Notes under the pieces: model-generated
The model's input: only the letters and a program-made list of their open reading frames with translations
What the model was told of the DNA's origin: nothing
Databases searched by the model: none
Program-made: the position numbers and the translations under genes
Shown here: piece after piece, positions 39,151 to 51,219 of the stretch
How the letters are laid out: each line of letters begins with the position of its first letter
How positions within the stretch are numbered: position 1 is the stretch's first letter
Assembly: GCA_036172245.1 (NCBI GenBank)
Contig: JAYWIR010000002.1
Location: 6,634,001 to 6,698,000 of the forward strand
Source of the DNA: Raillietiella orientalis
Taxonomy: Eukaryota
Reading direction: 5' to 3'
Length of the DNA stretch: 64,000 nucleotides

Positions 39151-41949
39151 TCGGACGCTTTACGACCCCGAGTCTTCACCAGAAGCAACGGTGGCCCCTC
39201 CGCGCGTTGGCGCATCACCTTTCGTCCCCCTTCCCTCTCTCTCAAGATTCCCCCAAGCAGGGACGCACGTGCCGCGCCCTGTCCTTGCGGGACTGCAGGG
39301 GGCTCAGAGTGGGATGCAGAGGAGGAGGATGCGCTCGTTCGCTCCTCCCTTCCCCACCGCTCTCCGGGTCTGCGGGGTGGTTGTCGCGCGAACAGCTTGG
39401 GGAGGACCTCCCTGTGCATCGTAGGGGCTCGCAGGGCCTCTTAAAGTCGGATCCTGAACGATCCATCGGATCACCCTGCTTCCCTCTGCTCTTCTCCTCT
39501 TTCCAACCCTTTCCGCCCAGGGATGCCTCAAGATGGTGGGTCCGGGCACATTGCCCTTAGCGAAAGGCGGGTCGGACCGCCGCGGGCATCTTCTACGGAA
39601 CCGAAATCGTCTGGAAGTTTTTTCCCTAGGGGGTGACGGCGGGGATCGCTCGCCTCCGGCAGCACCCGGTCGAGATCGAGCGCGGGGAGAGGTTGAGACG
39701 GCCTCCGGGCGGGCGGGCCTTCCCCTTGCGAACTGTTGCGCCGCTGCTCGTTGCAGGCAGAGGCGCCAAGGCCGCTCGTCTGGGGACGTGAGCTCAGACC
39801 CCGTTCGAGGTGACCCAACTCCAGTGGGGGCGGAGAAGCCCTCCCTACCGCCGCCACTCCAGCCTCTTCCTTCCCGTCTTTCCTCCTGCTCCGCAGCGGG
39901 GCCCGCACGTCTCCTCCGGCGAGCACGCAGCCGGTCGCGCTGCCTGTTCCCGTCTTCCTCCCGTCCTTTGTTCGCGCCCGGTGCTCGGCGAGGAGTGGGC
40001 GGAACCTGGAGGCTTTCCCCCTCCCTCTTTTTCCCCGACGCGTCGATGCCGGGAACACCCCGGCCGACCTAATTGGCTTGCGTGCCTCTCCCCGCCGCTG
40101 CTGCCGCCGGCCGGCCGGCGGAGAGAGGCAGCGCCATCTGCACGCGGGAAGCGGAAGCTGAGGAAACCGCCGCTTGGTGGAGCGAAAGCGCAGTCTAAAG
40201 GCCGGTCACCGCGGCTGGCCTGCCGCGAGAGGGTGAAGAGGGGTGTCCAGATGAGACGTCGAATTTTCCCCTGCCGCCGAGGCGCGCGCGCTCACTTGGG
40301 AGGCCGATTCCCGCGCCTTGTCCCTGTGTGGTCGCCCGGGAAACAGGACTCCGCGTTCTCCCGGCCATGCATCACGGCCGCGGCAGCGAGAGAGGGGGAG
40401 GGAAGCCTCCGGCAGGCGACCGGCCGGCTGCGCAGGCTCTCTCTGAGCGTCCTCGGTCGTCGCGCGGGCGCCTTGGCAGCGCCCCGCCACGCTGTTTGTC
40501 GTTGCCGGGAGCGCGTAGGAAGGCCGGTTGCCGAGGTGGGTGGGCCGACGCCACAGCCGGCGGTTCGCCTCCCCCCCCTTTCCTCTCCCACGGAAAGGAA
40601 GGAAGGGGAGGGAGGAAGGAAGCGGAAGGGTAGAGGAGGGGGGAAGAGATAGGCATGGAGAAGGAGAAGGAGGAGGGCGGGGAAAAGGCAAGGAAGGGAG
40701 GTGGGGCCGCCACGCCCGCCGCGCCGCGGGGGTTCTGCTCTTCCCTCCGTCCCGTGACCTCTCCCGCCTCCGTCTTGTTCCCTCGGCCCCGAAGACCACT
40801 CTGCTCCCGGAGACCTGAGGCGCTGTGGCGGCTCCCCCAGGAATCGATTCCCATGGACTCGCAAGCGCGCGCACTTTTCCCACTCCACTTAGTTCCCGTT
40901 TCGGGAGCTCGTGATCGCTTCCCTTCCCTCCCCTTTTTCTCCTCCCACTCCTCCTTCTCCCCTCCCCCGTCCTCCTCCTCCTCCTCCTCCCACTCTTTTT
41001 TTTTCTTTTCCTTTTTCTTTCTTTTTTTTTCCGCCATCCCTCCTCCTTCCTTCCACCTCGGCTCCCCCGGGATGGGGGGGAGGAGGGTTTCCATCTGCCG
41101 CCGCAGGACAGTCCGCGATTACCGGGGCTGCTGCGAATAATCCGATTTCCGGGAGCGATTCCGGAGGACGGAGCGGAGGCAATCAGACGCGGATTAAACG
41201 CGATTCCGGCGCAAACACGGGATCCGGGAGAGAAAGACTGGGAGGGAGGGGAGGGGAAGGGGGTAGGCGCTCGCATCGCCGCTGCTGACGTTGCTCCCGG
41301 GCAGTCCGCCTCTTCCCCTGCCTGTCCCAGTCCTCCTCCTCCCGGATGCGCGGTGGCAGCGGGTCGGGAAACCGGCAGTCGCCGCCGCTCCCCACCCCAC
41401 GCCCTCACCCCGCTTTTTTCCTTCCCGAGGCCGAAAGAAGCGCGCGCGTACGCTCGCAGGGATTTATCATGCAAATGGGGCGCACCGCCGCTCCCCAGTA
41501 ATCCTTCCGGGATTACAGCGAGTGTGGCACGCCAGCTGGCGCCATGCGAGCGCCGCAGGCATTCCCATCTCGCGAGGCGGTCGGGAGGCGATCAGGGAGA
41601 GCGAGGGCCGGGATGGGTGGGCGCGGACCTTTTGCCCCGCTCAGGCCGACTCTATAGCAGTGGTCAGCTGACCGGGCCGCCCTCCCCACCAAGCCAGGCC
41701 GCCCTCCCCTCGACCCCGCGTCCGGAGATGCCTCCCAGATACTCCAGATCGCAACCGCTCCCTGGGGTATGCGGGAGTCTTCCCCTATTTCTCTCCGCCA
41801 GAGGGAGGGTTTTCGGTCCAGCGGCCACAGCTTCGCCTCCTTTGCTCCGCGGAAAGCAGAGATGAGGCCATACCCCTCCACGGATCCTCTCTCCCTGAAG
41901 CCGGGGGCGCCCGGTACGAGCAAGGAGACCGGGGAACGTACGCTCGCGA

Positions 41950-42400
41950 GGAGGGTGGGCGGGAGATGGCGCGTCGTTCCGAATTCCTTCGTTCCTCGTC
42001 TTCCCTCTCTTCGCGGCTTCCCCATCGTAGCGCAGTGTCTTCCGTCCTCTTCACCTCCCGTCCCTCTCCCGACTCGCCAGGACCGCCGAGCCAGCAGCAA
42101 TCCCACTGCCACCATCAACGTCATCTTCCCCTCTTCCTCCTCTTCCCTCACCCCTCTTCCCACGCGGAAAGAGAGTTCAGTCCCCTCTCCCGGTCTCCAC
42201 AAGGGATGTCCCGAGACGGTGCTTCCATGAGACCCTCCGGGGGAGGCTACGCTGGGAGCGGAAGGACTTCCGCGGAGCGAGGGGGATCGCGCGGGGCGCG
42301 CCCGAGCTCACTCGAGAAGCTCTCCGCTGTCAGCAGCTCTAGAGGCGCTTGACCTGACCTGGAATTAGGCCTCCCGGGAAGAGGGCAGTCGGCCCGGCTG
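41950..42400 (+). mobile_element. Possible DIRS pre-RT/RT-start fragment
   Basis: VGGRW..RGFPI..LP (VGGRL motif), then RDGASMRP. Confidence 0.4.
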
Positions 42401-43849
42401 GCGGGAGACGGCGGAGGGCCCTCTGCCTCCACCACCGGAGGTCCTCGGAGTCGACGCGGCAGGGACGGGCAGGGGGGAGGGGAAAGCGGGGAAGGCACCC
42501 GCGAGCTCGTCCGCGGGGAGGGCGGGATCGAGCGACGCAGAAAAAGTTGCGCCATCATCGCCTTCCCGGAAAGTTCCCGGCGCACGGTGCAGCATCCCGA
42601 CGATCATCAATCTTCGTCCCGCCAACTGATTCGATTCCGGGAACGCGTTGACCTCCCTTCCTCCTCTCCTCCTCCTCATCCCCCTCCTCCCTTTCTTCCT
42701 CTTGGGCACGTGCTCCACTCGCCCTGAGAAGCCGCTGCGCGCGGCCCGGTGCAGGCGGGGCTGCCCGCAGCTCGGGGGCAGCCGGTCGCAGGAGCGTCAT
42801 CCAGCAGCATCAATCAGGGAACGGACCGCTCCCATGGGAACTCATTTCCATAATGGTGGCCTTTCTTCCTCCTCCCTCTTTTTCCCCTCCCCTCTTCCTC
42901 CCCCGTTTTGCTCTTTTTCTTCTCCTTCTCCGCCCACTCTGCCCTTCCTTGCTGCGACCCCGCGGGGAGTCAACCGCCCGGCACCTCCCAACAGCGACCG
43001 CAGCGTTCGGTGGCTTTCTCCGGCCCCATTTCTCCCACCCCTACTCTCTCTTTCCTTTCCGAGAGGGACGCCGTCTCACCCGAGTTCCAAGGGAATGAGT
43101 GGGAGTGTCCCTTTCCCAGCTTGACCCCCTTCCCCTCTCCTGTGCGCTGCCGCCGCAATACTACCGAACGCGCTCCTCCCACCTGCAGAAGGGCCTCGGA
43201 CGAGACGGGGAGTGAATCGGAAAAGGTGAGAACAGAACGAGGCCATTCTCCCACCGATCTTCCGCGCCCTCCGACCTAAGGGCTCGCCGTTTCCGTGGCT
43301 GCTGGCCCCTTGCACGGAGGGGGGGAAAGGGAGGTACCGTCCTCCTTGATGTTCAGAGAAGCTTCGATGATGGGTCTCTTCCGGCGGTCCCGTGAGCCGA
43401 GAGCGCGCGGTTCGTCTTCGTGGGGTTTCAGAGGCCGTGGGGCGCCTTTTCGAGGTGGCCGGGGATGTGCGAAGACGTTGGAACCCTCCAACGGCCTCGC
43501 TTCTTTTTTTGGCCGCGCCTGCATCCGACGCCTGTCAGATAGGGGGAGCTCGGGGGAGGGAGTCCCAAAGACAGCTGACCACTTTGGTGGTCGCAGCTGC
43601 CAAGGACGGACTTCTCCTCACCGCGCCACCTCCAATGCCATCATCGCCCGCCGTCTTGCGTTTCCCCTTTTCCCTTCCTCCAGGTCCTTCCTACTGTTAT
43701 CGTCATCGCCCCGCTCCTCCGTTTCCTCCTCCCCTTTCATCCTTCTTTCTGTCATCATCATCATCATCTGTTCCCACTTATTCGCCTTCCCCATCTCCGA
43801 ATTCGGTTTTCTCTCAGAAAAGGACGCGTGGGGAGGGGACTTTGGACCG

Positions 43850-45700
43850 AGAGGTTGAGGCGTCCCTTCCTCCCCTTCGGCGAAACTACCGGGAATGATC
43901 CTGGAAGGCTCTTCGCGAGAGCGGGAGGTGGCGCGTGGCTCTTCGGAGCGACCCAGGACGGAGGACCTCTCTTCCCACTTTTTCCTTTCAAGACAACGGG
44001 GCTTGGACTTGGACAGGATCTCTCCTGGCCTCAGAAATCGCTCTCCCTCCCCCGTTCCCCTTCCCTTCTGTATCATCTGCAGGGAAACCCGTAGAAAGTC
44101 ACTCGGCCGATCGGCACCGTCCCAAAGGCAGAGAGTGGCAGACCGGTCCTAACCCATCTCCTTCTTCCTTACTCCAGCATTTTTCCCATCATCACCGTCG
44201 TCATTATCAACCTCCTCTCCTCGTTTTCCCGTTCAGATCCTCTGATGATCGCCGCTTTCGGCCTCTGAGGGGATCGCGCATCCATGCGGACCGTCCACCT
44301 CGGACCAGAGAAGAACTCCCTGTCCCTTAGAGGGACGAGGTATCAGAGGGGTCCCACGCACATCTTTCCTTGTGGCAGAGTGGCCAGATCCTCACTACAC
44401 GCTCACAGAAAGTCACCTCCTCCCTCCATTTCGAAGATAACTGGCCTCGAAAGGAGTTAGTCTGGTTTTCCGATCCGGCAGGAGGGAGGGAGGGGAACAT
44501 GGCAGAGATGGACAGTCTCCTCTTCCTCTCTGGACGCAAGGGTTCCCGAAAAAACAGCAAAGCGGGAGAATGGGACGGCACTGCCTCGGAGAGTCTGGGG
44601 TGGCGCTCGCTGCCGCAAGTCCTCTCAGCGGCAGTGCTCCAAGTGATCCCGCACGACCTCTCTTCAGACGAGGCTGCTGTCCCTCCCCCACATCGGTGAT
44701 GATCTTTTGCAGGAAAAATCTTGGCGGATGCAGAAGAGTGGGAGTCAGTTAGATGGATGTGGTCAGAGATATGAGAATTAGGCACTGCTTCTGACTCCTC
44801 TTCTGTAGTGATGAATCCTTCTCCTCACCCTCCCCTTCTCCTCCTCATTCCGTCCTCCCTTTCTCTTCGCTTGCGTCCCTCATCATTCTTTCAGTGAGCC
44901 CCTGCGTCAGTCCTCTGGGAGTTTCTTTCTCCTGGACGGAGACTCTCGAGGATTAAGAGGGATGAACGGTGACACGAAGCCGAAGGAAGCGCTACGAGGA
45001 GAGAAAACGTCCTTAGGTGGACGTTCTGCTTCTCCAGCTGCCCTTAGCCTGTTGCTTCGTGGGAGGATAGGAAGCCCATGAACTCGATGCTTTGCTCCAA
45101 AGGGCGTCTCCTTCTTTCTTTCTTTGCAAACCCGGAAAGGGACGGAGGAGATGAGGGAGGAAGAAGGAAGAAAGCAAGTTGTGGGGTATGGGAGAGTCAT
45201 TCCTTTCCCCTCTGGAGCTGCCCATCTTTGCCGCTGCCTTTCCTCCTGGAATTCAGGAGACAGCGGTGAAGATCAACCTCTCAGGAGCGGCTTCGTCCCG
45301 GTCGTCGCCACGACGACGCGCTCCTCACGTTCTGGCACCAGAAGCAGAGATCTTGGGATGATTCTGACATTTGGCCCCCTTCCGTCCATCCCTCCTTCTC
45401 CGAAATTGGGAGCTTCTGGTGCAGGGAGCCCGTCCAGGATCGGCAGAGCGTCCCATAAGAAACGGGAATCTCCCTAGAGCAGGTCGCCTCTCCCCAGGAG
45501 AGCTCCGAGAGTGTCCCCCGCAAGGACTCTGCTTAAGAACGAACGCACGGGTCGCGTCTCTGGAAAAGGTTAGTGGGGAATCCAGGACGTCTCCCCATCG
45601 GTCCACTCGCCACGCGGAGGGACTTCGGGCTCATCCTCAAATCCCGCTCCGCTCCTCGAACGGAACTCCAGGACGCACGTGAGCGCCCGAAAAATCCTGA
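43850..45700 (+). mobile_element. Degenerate DIRS-type element, RT to YR
   Basis: RLRRPF..TTGND, LDLDR, RKELVWF (~44450), AGEWDG, KNLGGCRR, WMWSE (~44753), VATTTRSS, ECPP..LRT, HRSTRH (~45596). Confidence 0.65.
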
Positions 45701-46329
45701 GGGCAATCCGCGCCTCGTTGCCTAGGAGTTTCCCGCTTCCATCCCACCGCGGAGGCCCGAGGCGTGCATTCCACTTCCCGCGTTTCCATCTCCGGCTCCG
45801 GGGGAACCTCCGAGCCACGCGGGATCGACGGACGGCCCGGCCCGTTCAACTGGGATTCTCGTCGGGAATTCCACGAGGAAGGATTGGTGGGAACCTTTCC
45901 GCGAGGAAGGGGGATCGGGGAGTGTCCGCTGACCTTGGAGAGCCGCGGCCGGGAGCTCCAGCGGCGGCCAGGTTCGCCGGACAGCTCGGGCTTGCCCGAA
46001 TTTACCCCGGGAAGGAGGTGCCCGAGCATCTCGAAACTCTGGAAGGACCCGACAGAGGTGGCGTCTTCGATTTTGCGAATCTGGGAAGCAGCCGAGGGAA
46101 ACGGGTGGGGAGCGCCGCAGCCCACCCGCAGGTCCAGCAGCAGCTAACAAAACAGCCGCCACAAGGCGAGGTATCGCTCCGCGAGCGCACTTGGACGCCG
46201 GACCGCGGAGGCAGCAGGCGGTCGGAACGCCGGGAGCCGGGAGTGCCAGGCTGCGAGAGCGGCCTGGGATAGCGGGTAGCGCCGCAGACCAGCCTCCAGT
46301 CTCCAGGGGCCCGCAGATTGGTGCCGTGG

Positions 46330-46800
46330 CCGGGTCGGGCAGTCCAGCCGCTCCGGGGAAGTGTCGAGAGGACACGACTGGGGAGAGGCCTCGTGGACGG
46401 CGAGGCTACCCAGAGCGCTCGAAGCATCGAGCTCGAGGTTCCACGACCCCGCCCTCCCGGAGCGGTGACCTGCTCCCTAGGAAGGCGCTCCACTCTGCAG
46501 TGGGTTGCCTTCTTGGGAAAGGCCTGCGGCCGTCTGGCGTGAGGACCCCGTGGGGGTCTCCTGGGAGGACACGGGTTCCCCGGTAAGAAGACAGCCCGGC
46601 GCTGCCCGCGACCCGCTGCCTGGCCGCTCCGGGACGAGACACTGAGAGGAGGCCACAGCAGAAGGAAGTCGTGGAAACCGATCGGTGGACCCGGTGGTGG
46701 CGAGTAGGGACCGGCAAGGGAGGGATGGGGAGGAGCAGAGTTGCGAGACTCGGAGGGACCCCTGGGGCGGCGGACCGTTTCGGGGCAGAGCAGAGGTCAC
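46330..46800 (+). mobile_element. Possible DIRS pre-RT/RT-start fragment
   Basis: SIELEVPRPRPP, then VGCLLGKG. Confidence 0.35.
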
Positions 46801-48399
46801 CGCTTCACCTTTCTTGCTGAAGCAAGGAGTCCCCTCGCAGCTTCCTTTCTTTTTCCTCCTCCTCCCCCCTTTGCCCTCCTCACACTCCTTGAGGAGGAGG
46901 AGAGTGTGACGAAGGAGCTGATCTGAAGAATGACGATGACGACAAGAAGACCAAAAGGTTGACCCCGCCTCCCTGCGCGGTTACTCCGGGCAGGGACGAA
47001 CGCGGAACCCATGGGAAACTTCAGGGCAGTGGGCGGCCCTTCCCGCTAGAGCCGAGGGGAGCCGTCTGCGGGTTCCCCCCTGCTGGAGCGCGCGCAGCCG
47101 GAGTAGGCGAGGGGCAGGACGGCAGAGCGGTTCACTCGCTCATCCTGCCCCTCCCGTCCTGCGACTTCGCTCCCCCCGCGCAGCCGGCAGCCCGCCGGAC
47201 GCTCGCCTGCCTCCCCCGATCAATGATACCCCGCGCGCGCGCAATCGTTTCCCGCGCACGCCGACGCCGACTCACGCGGGCTCGATAGCGCCCGAGGAAC
47301 AATGGGCCAAAGGTCTTTCGCGTCATTTGCGAAGAGGTCTTCATTGTCGCGCGAACCCGAGCCGCCGCTCGATCCAACCCCCCCCCCCCCTCCTCCTCTT
47401 CCCCCTCCCCCTCGCGCTCTCCTTTTCGCCACTTTTTCCTTTTTCCCTCCTTTTTTTTTTTTCCTCGCCCCCCCTCCTCCTCTTCCCCGTCCGACCTCCG
47501 CCGGCCAATAGGACGAGCCGGATCGCACGAGTTCACTCGGAGACCTCCGCCCCTACGCGGGAACCGCGGTCCTCGGCGTCCTCTCACACGGAGTGGGCAG
47601 ACCTCCGATCATAAATCTTGCCGATTGCGAAAAGGAACGCGGTGTGAGGGACTGAATGGGCGACTCGAGCACGGGCGGGAGGAAGAAGAACGGAGGTGAT
47701 TAACGAGGGAATTCTTCCGAGCCTCAGCGCACCCTCCCCCTCTCTCTCCCTCCCCCCCTTTTCTCCCCACACGCACGCACGCACACGCGCACCTCCTCCC
47801 CCTACTCGTGGGTCAACAGTCTCGTGGATCTCGCGGTGACACAGTGACGCGTGGTCGCGGCTCCCCGGCAGGATGACTTGATTCATGCCTGGGGAGGCCG
47901 GCGGCGCGGGAAGGGGAGGTCGAGGAAGGGAAGAGGAAGGAAAGGCATGGAGGGAAGGAAAACAGGAAAGAAAGCGGAGGTGGAGACAAGGAGTGGAAGC
48001 GAGGAGGGAGGGAAGAGATAGGGGAAGAGGTGCAGAAGAGGAGGGGGAGAAAAGGAAAGGAAGGCAGGAGGAGGGAGCAACAGGTAGAGGAGAGAAGAGG
48101 AGGAGGAGGAAGCTAAGAGGAAGGGTGGAGAAGCGCAGTCCCTCGTCGCCCCTCCACGGAGAGCCCCGGATGCACAATAGGGCCGACCACCCGGAAGGGA
48201 AATGACGAGTCACCGCGCAGCGGGGTCGAGGGAGGCTCTGGGGATGCGTCCTTTTCCACTGCACCCCACCCCCACCCCTCAATTTCCCGCAGCAGTCATC
48301 CTGGCATGACGGAGACCGCCTCCGGCTCTCCTTATCTGCCCCCGACCTCTGGGAAAAAGGGCCGCATTGCGGATTCATTCCCAAGGAAACTCTCCACCC

Positions 48400-49620
48400 C
48401 TCGGCGTCACCTTCCACAGACGCCTTTTCCCCCCTTTCGTTCCCTACCAGCTTGAGTATGGGGCCGGGAAAGCAGGAAGCGCTTTGGGGCCACCCGTTCA
48501 GGGTCTGCGAGATGCGAGATGCACCCGGTCGCCGCCCCGCGGAGGGACCACCCCAGCCGACGGAAGCCGCGCTTCCGTTTCCGAGGCAACCCGAAGGCAG
48601 TACCGGGGCTCCTCCGGGGAAAGAGATGCTCGTTCTGCGACCGCAGCAAGCCCAGAAGGCGGAGATGCGAGTCTCTGAGCATGTGGGCATCCCGGGCGCA
48701 GGGATCTGCGTCTCCGTTGGGCGCTCTAGGAGCATTCTCCTCGCTCCCTTCACATCCCGCCTTCTTATCCTTCTGCTGGTCAACCCGTAGGTCGCCGGCT
48801 TTGAGGCCTCTGAGGTGGGACCCTCCGCAGGTCGCCATGGAGACCGTCCTTCACCTCCCACTCCCGTTCGTGCCGCCCACCCATCGGCCAGAGGAGCTAT
48901 TGCTCCTCCTCCCAATCGGGTTGGAGGCTCGGCAGAGGGGAGGGGAGGCCGATCATCTTCTCGGGGCGACTCAGAGACCTCGGAGCTGCTTCCAGGAAGC
49001 GACAAAGAGCTGCTACGACTTCTCCACATCGCCCGAGGGAAGCGGGCGCCCTCTTCGTGTCTTCCCAAATGCCGCCCCTTCCGTCAGCTCGGAGAGCAGG
49101 ATGCTTCCCCTGAGGGAATTCCAGGGCGACGTGAGGGCAGAGTTCTCCGCAGGAGGGAGGGGAGGGGGTCGGAAGATCAACGTTTCGCGCTTCTTTCAGG
49201 CGCGCTCGAGAGCATGCATCGAGCAGCACCGGAAGCACTCAGGGTCGCCAGGCCTCCCTCGGCCTCTCGTCCCGTCTCTTCCCTACCGGAACGCAAGGGG
49301 AAGACGAGGGGGGGGGGGGGAGGATTTGCCGGTCTTTCCTGTCCCCTGCGTCCCGTCGACGGAGCACCGGAGGAGTCCGGAAGGAGTCTGGCGATCCAGG
49401 AAGGGGGCGCGCTCCGGAGAGGATGAGGTCGTTTGGCTTCCCCTCTGTCCCTAAGCGCTCCTCCCGCCGTTTCCGAGGGAACCGTCCATCTGGTAGAAGA
49501 AAATGGAGAAAGGAGGAAAGGTGGAAGGTGAAAGACGCTCGCCTGAACGCCCCCCAGAACTTACTGGGGTCTCGGCAGAGTCGGCAGGAAAACGCGCCGA
49601 GATACTTCCGGCTTCGACCC
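48400..49620 (-). mobile_element. DIRS-type relic in inverted orientation (RT, RNase H, MT-like)
   Basis: Minus strand: SRKYLG..LCRDPSKF, PNDLILSG (RT); AFWACCGRRTSISFPG (RNase H end); GWPQSASCFPGPILKLV (MT-like). Confidence 0.5.
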
Positions 49621-51219
49621 ATCGACTGACTGAGACGCCATCTGCTTGCTCTCCGTCTCTATTTCCTTTTTTTTTTTTTTTTTTTTGAGGGATGTGAGAT
49701 GGGGAGAGGCTCCTTCTGGGGCTACGCAGCAGCGACAGCGGGAAATCAAGGAACCGCGCACGCTCGGAACACCCTCAGGGTGCCGCTCCCCTTTTCAGGA
49801 CCTCCACCTTTCTCGATTGGTCCCTCCGAGGCCAGGAGGGGACAGGGAAAAAGGATAGCTGAGACCCCGCGATCGGGAGGGAGAGCGAGTCGGGAGGGTC
49901 CGTGCTGATGTTTCCCTGCACCGACCGAGGGAAGAGCGCGCGTAACGCCGCTAACCGGCCCCCGACGGGTCCAGGGCCTCCTCCTCTCTCACCCATCCTT
50001 TCTTCTCCGCTTCTTCCTTTACTTCTCTGTTTCTTCCTTTCCTCCTTCTCCTTCCTTTCTCCTCCCTCTCTCTTTCCTCGGCGTGTAGGCTCCGAGGGAG
50101 GGAAGACGCGTGCAGGCGAAAGCAAGGAGGCGTCGGCAGCTCGCGCTCCGCGAGCAACTCACCCGCATCAATCATCATCAGCAGGTCACCCGGCATCCGA
50201 TCCTCGACGGGTGTGTAATTAGCGAGCGCTGTGGTGGCTCCGGAATGGGAGCGCAGGATAAGTGGACGCGGGACCGCTCACGCTGTTAATTACAAGAACA
50301 GCAGCAAGGCGCCTCCTCCCGTTTTTTTTTTTTTCTTTCCTTTACGCGCGCAGGCATACCGAGGGAGGGGGGGGGGAGGAAGACGCTGCGCCTGCCAGCA
50401 ACAGCAGCAGGCAGCCACGTTCCACTTCCATGGTCTTGCGGAAGGGTGAGCTGCGGGATGGGCAGGGAGAAGCGATCCTCTCAAGCCGCGCTCGCCCTCC
50501 TCCGTCAAGTCGGAGAGGCGACGATGGTAATGGCCTCTGCCGCTTGGGTGCAGCACTGCGTAGAGTCCAAAGAGCGCCTGAGCGTGAGCGGGGAGGGCAG
50601 GGGGAGGAAGAGGTAAGCGAAGAGAGGGGTGACCCGATGGACTCTTCTCCCTCTCTCTGGTGGGGGAAAAGAGAATGAGGAGGCGTCGCCTCCTTAAGTC
50701 CAGTTACGCCTCGAGATCCTACCGTCGTTCCACCCCCGCTCGCTCTCCTTCAGACGGGGAAAGTCCCACACTCCCAGGAAGAAAAATCCGAATTGGCCAC
50801 CGAGTGCCCGCTTAGATTTTGCCTTCTTATCCTCCCTGTCTCCTCGACTGCAGAGCAATTCAGCCCTGCTCCCTCCCCTCTCCTTGGTCTGCCTGCCCAT
50901 CCGTCCAACGCCGCCGATACTCCCCCCCTCCTCCCCACACGGCTCTTCCGAACTTTCACTTGACATGAGCGCGTTCCCGCCTCCCAAGCACGGAACCCGG
51001 AAGCGGGAGTTCCTGGAGAGATACTGCTGCCCACCGTGCGCTCTCGAGAGAGCGCCTCCTCCCCTTCTCCCAGCGGCTCTACGGGATGGTCGCCGCGGAA
51101 ACTGAACGGGGGCAGCGGCCGTTCCCGAAGAATCCGCAGTCTTCGGGCAGATCGCGGACCCTCTTAAAGTCCCGAGAGAGAGGATGCACTCGCAGCGCAC
51201 GCAGGGATCCCCTGGGGGT

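Noticed and set aside
47584..49068. Long ORFs in the GC block as genes (494 aa here; also 10942-12258, 40206-41474, 9955-11172)
   Set aside because: R/P/G/S-rich, overlapping in several frames and running through homopolymers; expected from stop-codon scarcity at high GC.
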